Notes: generated from the letters alone by a model not told the origin. A stretch of DNA of 64,000 bases from an uncultured Methanosarcinaceae archaeon (GCA_963833425.1 CAWHXP010000020.1:32001-96000); one strand, 5' to 3'; positions 46,924 through 58,159 are shown, counted from the first letter of the stretch. A program made the numbers and translations.

Positions 46924-47382
46924 TCACTCGATCATTATTTTTCTTTCTGCCAATTGACTTAATTTTGGAAGGGTAACCGTCAAGACCCCGTTTTTAAGCT
47001 GAGCAGATGCTCCGTTTTCGGTTACCCCGTTCGTGAGTGGGATCTCACGATAGTATTGCATAAGAGCCCGCTCTTTCCTGATGTAACCTTCCTTTTTAGC
47101 CTCTTCCTCTTTTCCTTGTCCAGCATTGATTATGAGAGAATTATCTCTGAGGCTCAATTCAATATTTTCTCTATCAATGCCTGGCAAATCTGTTGTGACA
47201 ATTATCTTATCAGATTCTTCTATAACGTCGACAAATGGAGACAGGACTTCGCTACCGAACCGATTATCAAACATCGGGAAAGAGCTAAACATCTGCTCCA
47301 TGTATTCATGCATCCTTCTGATCTCGTCAAAAGGGTTCCATGTGCATGCATCGTAAGACGGCCTTTTTACTGGCAGTGTCAT
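46924..47382 (-). CDS. Hsp20/alpha-crystallin small heat-shock protein
   Basis: 'PFVDVIE', 'DLPGID', 'ASAQLKNGVLTVTLPK'; GGAGG SD before MTLPV. Confidence 0.92.
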   Translation of the reverse strand: MTLPVKRPSYDACTWNPFDEIRRMHEYMEQMFSSFPMFDNRFGSEVLSPFVDVIEESDKIIVTTDLPGIDRENIELSLRDNSLIINAGQGKEEEAKKEGYIRKERALMQYYREIPLTNGVTENGASAQLKNGVLTVTLPKLSQLAERKIMIE

Positions 47383-47542
47383 GTATACATTCCTCCGATA
47401 CTTTTTTCCAAGATAACAAGCTTGTTCGAGGCTATTATTGACGTTATTTTCAATCTTTTCGCATACTTTCAGTGAGGGCCTATATAGTAACCACGTAGTT
47501 ACTATCATATAGTAAGTGTTATTAATATTTAAATGTTTTGTT

Positions 47543-47644
47543 TATAACCGGCTTTGCATCTAATGTCTGATAATTGCACCTAATGCCTAACATTCGCATC
47601 TAAAGTCGGGCTAAATTGGGACTTTAGGTGGAAAGCCGGTTATA
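47543..47644. repeat. 102-bp inverted-repeat element with internal 20-bp repeats
   Basis: TATAACCGGCTTT(G/C)CA(T/C)CTAA at both ends; GCA(T/C)CTAA recurs at 47556, 47576 and 47596. Confidence 0.75.
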
Positions 47645-47802
47645 GCAGTAATTTCGATTTTCTATAGTTCCTAATGACTATTCTTATACAGTTTTTCTGG
47701 GCTAATTTGCAAAAGAGACTTGAATTTACCCAGAATAATGATATCTCTACAATAGTCCTAATATTTCAGTAATTTAAAGTTCTAAAGTGAAAATTATGTA
47801 TA

Positions 47803-47891
47803 GAGGATTTCGATAAGCCTCTGATTTCAACAAATTGCTGATATATCCTTTATAAACTATTTATTAAAAAGTGGGGTTTATCGAAATCGTC
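47803..47891. mobile_element. 89-bp MITE, copy 3
   Basis: Near-identical to 45750-45838; ATA on both flanks. Confidence 0.8.
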
Positions 47892-48517
47892 ATAGTCTTC
47901 ACTAACTCATTTCGTAATTCATAATTATATAGTTGGAATTAGATACCTTTTAATCGAGAGCATAGTGCTTAACTTCTTTCTCGATTAACTTTATTTAAGT
48001 AATCCAGGAATGATTTGACTGAACTATTGCACAATGATTCGATTCCGCAGATTAATGTTTTGCTGATATTCGAATTGACAATTGATTTCATCTGATATGC
48101 TGCGAATCGAGCCATAGACGACTTTTATTCAGAGAACAGTTATGCTACCCTCATTGACGATGTCGCAGATAACACAGTACGCTCAAAACCTTGTTCACAG
48201 TTAAAATGTATTTGCTGCATTTTGAACTGTTCGCCATCTCAAAAAAAACTTTGCATGAAGGATACTAAACAAGTACAATAAGTCTCATGTTTCATCGCCT
48301 ACAAGCAATTATGCCGCCTTAACGGCATGGCCTAAGCGCGTGCCATTTACTTCAAGTAATTTCAAGACTTTTTTCACAGCGATCGTTTTACTGGCTTCTT
48401 CTTCATCCTTGAAATTCAGTAGGTTCAGCATAACAATTATAACCTCATATGGATTCGAAGCCTTGGCATTCACTGCTTCATCATTTGTACAATAAAACTT
48501 ATATAAAATTCTTTTAG

Positions 48518-48900
48518 TCAATAATGCCTAAGTGTATCCCCATTTGAGTCAACTGCTCGGTAAAGATATTTCCATTTACCTTTTACTTTGATATAGGTTT
48601 CATCAACTCTCCACGAATCATTTGTTGGTCTTAAATGTCTCATTATCTTCTTTTCTATTTCAGGGGAATATTGATGTACCCATCTCATGATTGTTGTATG
48701 GTAAACTTTTATTCCCCTTTCTGCCATCATTTCCTTTAAATTTCTATAACTTAATGCATATTTTAAGTACCATCTTACATTTAATAGGATAATTTCCCCT
48801 TCATAATGCTTCCATTTAAAGGAATTAGATAGCATGTTACTACCTTTGGTTTTCTTTTTATTCTATTGTATCAGTAGAAAGGATTTTTTGCAACGGAACC
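48518..48900 (-). mobile_element. IS6-family element, 5' half only
   Basis: TIR ends at 48900; 'FKWKHYEGEIILLNVRWYLKY...WRVDETYIKVKGKWKYLYRAVD'. Confidence 0.88.
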
Positions 48901-49348
48901 GCTTAAAGTATAAACTCAGTTAGTTATAACACTGGTTTTCTGAAAAATTTTAGTCCCGAAACAAGCCATTGGGGATTCGATTTAAATAAATTGTAATTTC
49001 TGCAAAAATGAATTAATTAAGCAATGTTAAGTTATGTGAATCTAGTAATCGCCCATTTAGAAAGTACTATAAAATCAAGGTATATAGGAGTGTTGCTTGG
49101 CTAAATAAATTACCCCCAATACGCTGGAGATCATTTGCAGATACTTCAGCTCGATATTTTTCATTTTACAGGTAAAATAGAGAGAGCATCATTTGCTCTT
49201 GATTCAACGAAAATTAGACTATTGTACTTTAGGATTTCACTTGATTTTGTCCTAATGGTATATTCTTGATAGAGAACTAAATTTTCATTATAAAGGAAAT
49301 GGAATTATAAAGCCCTTCACTAAGTGACAAAGTGACAATAGTTTTTTG

Positions 49349-49498
49349 GGTTCCGTTGCAAAAAATCTGGCTCTCTTGCAAAATCAGTATAAACCTTTAC
49401 AATTAGGAAATTTAATTAATCTAGTCACCGAGAAACTGACATACAAAGGCAAGAATTATAGTCCCAAACTAAGGAAATATTATTTTTGCAACGGAACC
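49349..49498. mobile_element. 150-bp non-autonomous IS6-derived MITE
   Basis: Perfect IS6 TIRs GGTTCCGTTGCAAAAA at both ends and no transposase. Confidence 0.85.
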
Positions 49499-49835
49499 CT
49501 ATCCCTTGATTTAGGTTTAACTTGTTCTAATCTAGAATTTATTTGCATTGAGTGCAGTTGTTTCACTAAATTACTTTTATAAATTTTTATGTACTTGGTT
49601 TTTTTAAACGACAATCATTATTTAGGTTTAGAACAACTAAATTTGATTTAAATAAGTTAACCTTTACTTGAGATAATATTAAGACTTACACAGTTTAACT
49701 GAAAAATCAATTGCATCAAACCATATGTTGTTTAGAATTCAAGTTTTAACCACTTAGTCTATTACACTTGGTTTAGTACTTCAAGTGTGTGAGCCCAAAG
49801 CATATTTACTTGACTTAATATTTCATGGTGATCCT

Positions 49836-50543
49836 ATGCATATAATGGAAGGCTTTTTACCGATTTTTTGGTGTCTATTATGGTTTATAGCATCAATACC
49901 AGTGATCGCATATGGTATTTACAAACTGAACAAGTTAGTGAAAGAAAAAAGCGATATATTACCTATCCTTGCTGTCGCAGGTGCATTTATCTTCGTACTT
50001 TCCTCACTAAAAATGCCTTCGGTTACAGGAAGCTGTTCTCACCCTACAGGAACAGGTGTGAGTGCAATAATGTTTGGCCCTGCGATTACTGCAGTTCTTG
50101 GGACTATTGTGCTGATATTCCAAGCTCTCTTCCTAGCTCATGGCGGGATTACAACCCTTGGAGCGAATGTATTCTCTATGGGTATCGTTGGTCCGTTGGT
50201 GTCATACATAATTTATAAAGCTGGAATGAAAGCCAAAATTAACTTTTATTTTATTGTCTTTCTGGCTGCAGCTTTCGGAGACTGGGCTACTTATATTATA
50301 ACTTCTATGGAACTTGCATTTGCATTTCCTGCAGAAGGACTATTAAATTCTGTGGGTTTCTTCAGCTCATTCAGCAAATTTTTAGAAGTCTTCGCAATTA
50401 CTCAGGTGCCCCTAGCAATCATCGAAGGTGCTGTTAGTGCCCTACTCTTCAAGTATGTGATTGAAGTTAAGAGTGATATCCTTATTGAAATGAAAGTATT
50501 GAAAGAATCTTTAATTCGTAAACTTAGGGGGCTTTCTTCATGA
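49836..50543 (+). CDS. cbiM: Cobalt ECF transporter substrate-binding component
   Basis: N-terminal 'MHIMEGFLP', 'GSCSHPTG', '[11 protein letters not shown]'. Confidence 0.95.
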   Translation: MHIMEGFLPIFWCLLWFIASIPVIAYGIYKLNKLVKEKSDILPILAVAGAFIFVLSSLKMPSVTGSCSHPTGTGVSAIMFGPAITAVLGTIVLIFQALFLAHGGITTLGANVFSMGIVGPLVSYIIYKAGMKAKINFYFIVFLAAAFGDWATYIITSMELAFAFPAEGLLNSVGFFSSFSKFLEVFAITQVPLAIIEGAVSALLFKYVIEVKSDILIEMKVLKESLIRKLRGLSS

Positions 50544-50887
50544 GCAGGAAACTTGAATTTATCGTGATGGCTATAATTTTGATTTTTGCAGCTCAGTTTT
50601 TTTATATGTCTTCTACCACACATGCCGACTATGGTGGAGCTAATGACAAACCCGCAGGTGTTATTGATCAAATTACAGGTGGGGCTTACAAGCCCATTGC
50701 AAAACCTATATGGGTACCTCCAAGTGATGAAATTGAAAGTCTGCTTTTTGGCCTTCAGGCAGCTACAGGTGCAATAATTATTGGTTACTTTCTTGGGTAT
50801 TACAGAGCAAAAAATAGTTTTGAAAGCGATTTCGGTACTCAGATGGATAATAAGCTGCAAATGGACGAAAAAATTCAAAAAAGTTAA
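50540..50887 (+). CDS. cbiN: Cobalt transport protein CbiN
   Basis: 'YGGAND', '[26 protein letters not shown]'. Confidence 0.92.
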   Translation: MSRKLEFIVMAIILIFAAQFFYMSSTTHADYGGANDKPAGVIDQITGGAYKPIAKPIWVPPSDEIESLLFGLQAATGAIIIGYFLGYYRAKNSFESDFGTQMDNKLQMDEKIQKS

Positions 50888-51019
50888 TAGGTTTTGTAAA
50901 ATGTGATTAGCTCTTTATCCTTTTCTTTCACTGCAAAAAAGCAAGCTGTTGAGTCAACTATTATGTTAATAAAGGTATGTTTCTATTGTTTATTGATGAA
51001 TAGTTTTTGCGCTAAAATC

Positions 51020-51611
51020 TTTGAATTTCCTAAGCTCCATCCGAACGAAAAACTTGATTTGCCGAAAGTTAACGTTTTTAGGTAATATTTTATCATCTTT
51101 GAGTTCATTTATAGCAGCTGGATAAACTGGATTTTTATCAACAGTTATTACCTTTGGAATTTGATTCTGATTAGAATCCAAAGCTTTCTTAAAAAACGTT
51201 TCGCAGCTTTTCTATCACGCTTTGCACTTAGCATAAAATCAATTGTGTTTCCATTTGAGTCAACTGCTCGGTAAAAATATTTCCATTTACCTTTTACTTT
51301 GACATAGGTTTCATCAACTCTTCACGAATCATTTGTTGGTCTTAAATGTCTTCTTATCTTCTTTTCTATTTTAGGGGAATATCGATGTACCCATCTCATT
51401 ATAGTACTGTGATCAACTTGATTTCCTCGTTCTATCATCATTTCCTTTAAATTTCTATAGCTCAATGAATATTTTAAGTACCATCTTACATTTAATAGGA
51501 TAATTTCTCCTTCATAATGCTTCCATTTAAAGGAATTAGATAGCATGTTACTATCTTTGGTTTTCTTTTTATTCTATTGTATCAGTAGAAAGGATTTTTT
51601 GCAACGGAATC
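51020..51611 (-). mobile_element. IS6-family element, frameshifted and 3'-truncated
   Basis: TIR ends at 51611; near-identical to 48518-48900. Confidence 0.88.
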
Positions 51612-51692
51612 GTCCAGATGTTACAAGGGCGTATGTTGCAAACACCAGTGGCAGATGTGAAATTTAATTCTTTTATCTATGTTTTTTACTGC

Positions 51693-53674
51693 TTACATGA
51701 ATAGACTTAGTAACCTGAATGCAATACCGCCTATCATGATTGCTGTGCCTATTTCTGCTATTGTTACAGCAGTTGCTTTTCTCCATCCAAATTCTGATGC
51801 CATAGCTAGTATATTGGCTAGGCATGGAATGTATATCATGCTGACCAACGCCAATACTATTAATTGCACCGGAGTCATTATCGAGCCAAAGTTCGTAGTA
51901 TGGAAAATTACAGCCAGTGTTAATAGAGTCATTTCTTTCCTTACGATTCCGAATATCAACAATATACCAGATACTGCTGGCAATCCAAGCCACCAGACAG
52001 TTATCGGCATTAGTGCATTATTAATCGGAGTTAGTACTCCAAATGCATATAATGCTTGCACTGCAGCACTGCCGATTATGTAAGCTGGGAATACGATCAT
52101 AATCAATGATTTGGTGCGTGCCCACGTCTGTTTGAGTATAACGCTGAGAGAGGGTACGTGATAATCTGCCATCTCTATGATAAGACCAACAGACTCTCCA
52201 GGCATTACTTTGAATGCTATGCGACCTACCACGATAATTAGCAGTATATCAAATACATATAGTGCCAGACCCCACCAAATACTTACAAATGTGGCTACCA
52301 ATCCTAAAATAACGATAGTCCTCGCCGTGCAGGGTATTAGTGTAACCAGGTAGGCTAAGAGTGTTTTTTGCTTCGGGGTTTCCATTATCCGACAAGAGTA
52401 AACCGCTGGCACATTGCACCCATACCCGAGAATAAGGGGAATTACTGCCTTACCATGCAATCCAAGCTTATGCATACCGCGATCGAGCATGAATGATATT
52501 CTAGTCAAGTATCCAGAATCCTCAATAAATGCAAGTATTAAGTAAAATGGTAGTCACATACGGGATTATGAGAGTTACTCCGGCTACAAATCCGGTGAAA
52601 GCTCCATTCCATATGATATTTTCTATGGGACCTGTAATGACTGGTTCATACTGCTCTATCGCAGTTAAAAAGTCTTGTATAAAGTCCGAAACACGGGCGC
52701 CTATGAGGAACGTCCAGATCAACAGCCCCCCAATGACCATGATAGCAGTCACATATCCCAATACTGGGTGCAGAGCGATATTATCCAAGGTTTCTGTCAA
52801 CGTTCTTTTTTTCACTCCTGACATGACGTCCCTGAAGACCTCGTGAGCAATCAGATCAGCTACATGATAGCGTTCACCTGTGATCACTATTCCAGATGGC
52901 TCACCATGTATCTTCTCGATCTCGTCAGCCAGTGAATCAGCTAACATGGGAACATTCGGGTCAGCCTTTTCGAAGAGGCTGCGAATCTCAGCATCTTTCT
53001 CGATGAGTTTGATAGCCATCCACCGTGAAGGATATCCAGTTTTTACATTGCCCATGGCTGCTATAAGCTTCTCTAAGCGCTGCTCTATTTCTTGACCATA
53101 TTTTATTTTGTTTGGAAGTTTTTTATTTTCGATTGCATCGATGATTATTTCTGTCAGTTTATCGATACCAATTCCCTTGATTGCTACAGTGGTGACTACA
53201 GACACTCCCAGGAATTTCCTCAAGTTTTTTAACATCAATGGATAATCCTTTTTTTTCCATGAGGTCCACCTGGTTGAGTGCCATGACCATCGGTACGCCT
53301 AATTCAATCAGTTGTAGTGTGAAAAACAAATTTCGTTCCAGTGCCGATGCGTCTATGACATTTACGACTATATCCGGCTTTTCAAGAGCGATGAAATCTC
53401 GAGATACGATCTCTTCCATTGAATATGTGGAGAACGAGTATATTCCTGGCAGGTCGATTATCTTGATCCTCATACCTTTATAATGCAATAATCCCTCGGC
53501 ACGCTCTACAGTCTTCCCCGGCCAGTTGCCTATTATCTGATCCACGCCAGTTAATTGGTTAAATATGGCACTCTTACCCACGTTAGAGTTCCCTGCAAGA
53601 GCAACCACCCTTTTGAAATCTTTCATTTTTTTAGATGCGGAATCACACTGCCCACAACTTTTACATCCTGCCAT
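51693..53674 (-). pseudogene. feoB: Ferrous iron transporter B split by two +1 frameshifts (~53216, ~52553)
   Basis: 'GNSNVGKS', 'GNWPGKTVE', 'DLPG', repaired 'EDSGYLTR', 'GYGCNVP', 'IPCTAR', 'YIPCLA'. Confidence 0.9.
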
Positions 53675-53687
53675 TAAATACTCCGTT

Positions 53688-54392
53688 TTATCTTGACATG
53701 TTTACAAAAATATTATCTGCTATTTCCCTTGCTATCGCTAGATTAGTCCTTCTGACGCAGATTTCTATGGGGCCATTCATTGGTGCTTTTCGCAGTAGTT
53801 TGACTTCTGTATGCAACGTTAATCCAAGGTCAGATAACCGCTGTACAATTTTCTTATCTCCCCTAAGGAATTTGATGCGGCCCTTTTCACACGGTTCAAG
53901 GTCAGTGATCGGAACAATGCTCCCATCATTTGCTCTACGTTTCCGTGAACTGGTAACTCCGTTACATTCATCACATGTGCCTACAAACATAGTACAGGAA
54001 CTGATATGACTTCCATGTGGGCACCTCGCAGGAGCATTAAGAATCTTACATAAAGCGTTTTCCGTCTCGTCAGAAATATCATGCTCCATCTTACATGCTT
54101 CAGCATGTGCCTTTTTTTCATCGATGTGAAGAGTATCTGTAAGAAATACTTCTAGAAGCCTATGTTTCCGTTTAATTTTAATAGCTATTATCAACCCTTC
54201 CTTTGTAAGAGTAGCGCCTTTATAAGGCGCATAAACTACAAGGCCTTTTTTCGCCATATGCTGAATTGCTTCTGTAACACTTGCTGGCGATATTTTAAGG
54301 CATTTCGCTATCTCAGTAGTCCGTGCAGCGCCGTGTTTGCCTGCTATATCATAGATCGTTTTCAGATATTCTTCCACTTGTGCTGATGGCAT
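53688..54392 (-). CDS. DtxR/MntR-family metal-dependent repressor with C-terminal FeoA domain
   Basis: 'EEYLKTIY', 'SPASVT', 'RKHRLLE.FL', 'ACKMEH', 'CPHG', FeoA-like 'RLSDLGL...APMNGPI'. Confidence 0.92.
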   Translation of the reverse strand: MPSAQVEEYLKTIYDIAGKHGAARTTEIAKCLKISPASVTEAIQHMAKKGLVVYAPYKGATLTKEGLIIAIKIKRKHRLLEVFLTDTLHIDEKKAHAEACKMEHDISDETENALCKILNAPARCPHGSHISSCTMFVGTCDECNGVTSSRKRRANDGSIVPITDLEPCEKGRIKFLRGDKKIVQRLSDLGLTLHTEVKLLRKAPMNGPIEICVRRTNLAIAREIADNIFVNMSR

Positions 54393-54433
54393 CGAATCAC
54401 TACCACGGTTAAAAACAATCTACGTATATATAG

Positions 54434-54467
54434 ATTTTGGGTAACCTAAAATACGTAGCTTATATAA
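54434..54467 (-). promoter_or_regulatory. TATA box followed by a DtxR-type operator
   Basis: TTATATAA (54467-54460), then the 19-bp imperfect palindrome ATTTTAGGTTACCCAAAAT. Confidence 0.7.
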
Positions 54468-54736
54468 CGCGGGACAAAGAAAATACACTTTTCCGAGGCA
54501 ATGAACCACATTGTCAAAGCCCAAAAAAATAAACATAGCTAGATACCAGAAGAAAATCAGCAAAACCTTCGTCAAGAATGGAAAAATAGAACACAATTTA
54601 ATAAACATAGGGGATTTTCGATAAACCTCTGATTCTCACGAGTAATTGAATATACTATTTTTAACTCTAAGGCAGATAGTCTCCTTCCTCGAATGGTATC
54701 GACCCATCGAGGAAGGGCAGTTCACGCATATAAAAC

Positions 54737-55633
54737 TCACATCTCTTTCAGTCTCTTAATTCTCTCATCAATGGGTGGATGTGTGGCGAATAGAGAATTC
54801 GCATTTTTAAAAAGTAATGGATTAGTAAAATAAAGATGCGAAACAGCCCCATTCACCTTGGTATTAACATTATTGTCCTTAATCTTCTCAAGTGCAGAAG
54901 CAAGCCCCATAGGATTGCGCGTAAGGTACGCCCCACTTGAATCAGCAAGATACTCTCTCTGCCGTGAAACTGCGAGCTGAATCAACTGCGTGAAAATCGG
55001 TGCAAGTATAGCAAATACAATACCAATCCCCAAAAATATAATATTTCCATCCCTTCTGTCTCTGTTTCCACCAGAAAACCACAGACTTCTAAGAAAAATT
55101 TGTGAAGCAATCACTATAATACCAACAAGCACAGCAATCATCGAAGCGAATCTGATATCATAATTATTAATATGAGACATCTCATGTGCAATCACGCCCT
55201 CAAGCTCCTCTCTATTCATGGTCTTAAGAAGCGCAGATGTCACCGCAAGAACAGCATGCTTCGGGTCTCTCCCAGTCGCAAAAGCATTTAGATTAATATC
55301 ATCATCAATAATCACAAAACGTGGTGCAGGAATTCCTGCTGCTATCGCAAGCCCTTCAACAACATTCGAAAGACGTTCATTCTCAAGTGGCTTCGGTTCA
55401 CGAGTCTTCGTCACTGCAAGCACAATAGTATCTGAATACCAGTAAGAGGCAATCGTGCCAAGAGTAGAAAGAACCACAGCGATAACCAAAAAGAGAAAAA
55501 CAAGCGAAGGATCATAGATTTGCGCAAATACATAGCCAAAACCCACTAGGACAATGCTTACAATTCCAACAAGGATAAACGAATTTCTCTTATTCGCAGC
55601 TATTTGCTCTTCCATAGTTCGCAAAGACATCAC
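54737..55633 (-). CDS. htpX: M48 zinc metalloprotease HtpX
   Basis: 'NAFATG', 'AHEMSH', 'SRQREYLAD', 'FATHPP..ERI'. Confidence 0.93.
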   Translation of the reverse strand: MMSLRTMEEQIAANKRNSFILVGIVSIVLVGFGYVFAQIYDPSLVFLFLVIAVVLSTLGTIASYWYSDTIVLAVTKTREPKPLENERLSNVVEGLAIAAGIPAPRFVIIDDDINLNAFATGRDPKHAVLAVTSALLKTMNREELEGVIAHEMSHINNYDIRFASMIAVLVGIIVIASQIFLRSLWFSGGNRDRRDGNIIFLGIGIVFAILAPIFTQLIQLAVSRQREYLADSSGAYLTRNPMGLASALEKIKDNNVNTKVNGAVSHLYFTNPLLFKNANSLFATHPPIDERIKRLKEM

Positions 55634-55668
55634 ACCCTAACAAAATAAAGAGAAGGAAAATATTACTA

Positions 55669-56217
55669 TTAGAACTGAACCTTTACAGGCTCTCTTTCCT
55701 TAGACTCAGTCTCCAGATAAGTCCTTGTCTTCTTACCAAGTATTCCAGCAAAAATAGAGCCCGGTAGAGTAGTAACCAAGTTATTAAAAACAAGCACACT
55801 GTCATTATAGTGCTGCCTTGCATAAGCAACCTTATTCTCAATTCCAGAAAGCTCTTCCTGAAGCATAAGGAAATTCTGATTTGCCTTAAGTTCTGGATAA
55901 TTTTCGGCTATTGCAAAAAGCGATTTAAGAGTCCCAAAAAGCATATTTCCAGCTTGATCCTTTTCTTCAATCGTCTTTGCGCCCATCATCCTTGCTCTTG
56001 CATCAGAAACAGCCTCAAAAATTGATTTTTCATGCGCTGCATAACCCTTCACAGTTTCGACAAGATTTGGCACAAGGTCAGCCCTTTTCTTCAGCTGAAC
56101 ATCAATCTGAGCCCATGAATTATCTATTGTGTTAGAAAGCACATTAAGTCTGTTAAAATAATACACAAAGACTAGCACAAGTACCAACAGTACGCCTAAA
56201 ACGATATACTCCATCAT
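55669..56217 (-). CDS. lemA: LemA family protein
   Basis: 'QIDVQLKKRADLVPNLVETVKGY', 'ENYPELKA', 'ARQHYN'. Confidence 0.95.
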   Translation of the reverse strand: MMEYIVLGVLLVLVLVFVYYFNRLNVLSNTIDNSWAQIDVQLKKRADLVPNLVETVKGYAAHEKSIFEAVSDARARMMGAKTIEEKDQAGNMLFGTLKSLFAIAENYPELKANQNFLMLQEELSGIENKVAYARQHYNDSVLVFNNLVTTLPGSIFAGILGKKTRTYLETESKEREPVKVQF

Positions 56218-56315
56218 ACAACTACCTCACAATATGTATATAATCTACTATCTACTACATCCAACTTTCTACAGGGTTGGATAGTTCACTTATCTTAAGC
56301 GAAGTATAAGTTTTT

Positions 56316-57635
56316 TCAAAAAAAGTCTAACTTTGTAGACCTTGCTAATGGCCTTTTTAATTTTGACAAAACAATAGATTCAACATCAGTGTAATTATTT
56401 TTAATTATCTCGATATCCTGAATCTGAAACAAAGTTTCAATTACAGCCTCGATATCATTTGGCAAAGTTATATACCTAATATTACCCCGGCCTTCACGAT
56501 ACTCCGCATTAATAAGCTGTCTTGCAGAAAGAGTTGTTAATCGTGTTGATATGTATGTTTCGCCGTTTGGCTTTTGCTGTAAAAGTTCGCAAATTTTACG
56601 ATATGTTACTACTATAACACCAGAATGTGCAGGAGTTTTTGAATTAGTTTGTTTGACAACATTATTAGCGATATAAACGGACAATATCAAGTATTTGTCA
56701 TGTAATGACATCCTTTTCAACATATCTATTGTGACTCTATCATTGACTACTTTTTCTGCCATATCTATATGTTCACTTGTAATTTTTGAGCCCTTCGTTT
56801 GGATTACAATTCTAGCAGCTTCGGCTAATATGTCAATGGCACGTCTAGCATCTCCATGATATCTATCCGCAACATTTTTAGCACAATACAAAATTACGTC
56901 ATCAGAAATTACACCATCTGCAAAAGCATCTTTTCTTAACTGTAAAATTTCATACAATTCTTTATCATTATAATCTGGGAAATCACAATACCTGAATCTT
57001 GCAGATGATTGCACTTTATTATTAAGTGTAGCTAAGAAGTCTTTTTGATTCGAGGCTGTTATAATTTCTATTGCTACATTACTCGATTTTATTTTTTGAT
57101 GTGCAAGCGCTCTACTGAACTGATAAAGGATATTGTCAGGTGATACGAAGGCATCTATTTCGTCAAAGAACAGAATTAATGTGTAAAATGTATGTTCATG
57201 AGCTTTTTTATCTATTATAGACCAGATATCATTTAGATACTGATAAAATTGTCTCCCAGTTTGCATAGAGATGCCAGTTAACTGAGTCAATATTTCCACA
57301 CACGCTGGAATTTCAGAAGAGAATGCTGTACAATCTATTACAACCGTATCAATTAGTATGTCTTTATCCTCTGCTTTTAACCCTTCAGTCAGGATTCTTA
57401 AAAGATATTTTACTGTGATTGTTTTGCCAACACCTGTATCTCCCCAAATATACATGTTACTAGGCTCACCCTGTCTCAAAATTGCAGAAAGATTATGGCC
57501 TATAACCTCCATTTGTTCATCTCTGGCAATTACAGTGTCAGGAACGTATCTACTATTTAGTAGATGCTCGCAAGCTATAATAGGACTAGCAGGGTCGAAA
57601 AACCTTGTATACGGCACTCTAATCTTATCTATCAA
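56316..57635 (-). CDS. cdc6: Cdc6/Orc1 replication initiator, divergent copy A
   Basis: 'GDTGVGKT', 'FFDEID', 'FPDY', 'GDARRAID', C-terminal WH domain; TTG start with SD. Confidence 0.9.
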   Translation of the reverse strand: MIDKIRVPYTRFFDPASPIIACEHLLNSRYVPDTVIARDEQMEVIGHNLSAILRQGEPSNMYIWGDTGVGKTITVKYLLRILTEGLKAEDKDILIDTVVIDCTAFSSEIPACVEILTQLTGISMQTGRQFYQYLNDIWSIIDKKAHEHTFYTLILFFDEIDAFVSPDNILYQFSRALAHQKIKSSNVAIEIITASNQKDFLATLNNKVQSSARFRYCDFPDYNDKELYEILQLRKDAFADGVISDDVILYCAKNVADRYHGDARRAIDILAEAARIVIQTKGSKITSEHIDMAEKVVNDRVTIDMLKRMSLHDKYLILSVYIANNVVKQTNSKTPAHSGVIVVTYRKICELLQQKPNGETYISTRLTTLSARQLINAEYREGRGNIRYITLPNDIEAVIETLFQIQDIEIIKNNYTDVESIVLSKLKRPLARSTKLDFF

Positions 57636-57697
57636 TATACCACCTACTTATTACATAGTCTATTTTAACATATAGAACTTACGATTTGAGAAGATAT

Positions 57698-58159
57698 GAT
57701 TGAAAGTACTTTTTTGACATCATGCGACACTATTAAATAACTACTTTCGATTGAGATACTTTCACTCGACCCCCTCCCCCCCTCCGCAAGTAATATAGTA
57801 GTTGTTGCAGGAAAAGAAAATAAATTTTTTGAAGCTTGTATGGATAAATTGTGATAATTTAGATTTTATTAGATATCTACTTATACTATTAATTTCATAA
57901 CTCTACAACAAGATATTTTTGATATATATCATTTTATCTGATAGATACCTTTTAGTCTCCAAACAAGCATCATAACTTCCTGAACCCTACCTACTATTAA
58001 TATAAAATATTTCTATAAACCCCTATTTTTGGCTGGTCACTTATAAAGCTTGTATAAGCACTTTGGTGGAATTGGAGTTTGATCTAACGTCTCTATAGTA
58101 CCTTTGAGGGGGGAGGGGGTATTTAGTGAAAGTTCTTGGTTTTTGTAAATTGAAAGTAC
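57698..58159. other. Putative replication origin: inverted ORB-like repeats with G-strings flanking an AT-rich tract
   Basis: ACTTTCACT..ACCCCCTCCCCCC at 57758-57785 and its inverse at 58106-58134; extra GAAAGTA motifs at ~57701, ~57742 and ~58151. Confidence 0.7.

Noticed and set aside
47383..47508. N-terminal extension of Hsp20
   Set aside because: The SD sits before ATG 47382; upstream is promoter-like sequence.
48140..48521. DUF1330-like fragment cut by IS6
   Set aside because: Similarity rests on one short motif (VMLNLLNFK) and the frame has several stops.
19478..57675. Antisense ORFs inside pyrC, rio1, feoB, htpX, cdc6 and the histidine kinase
   Set aside because: Shadow frames of well-supported genes with no motifs of their own.
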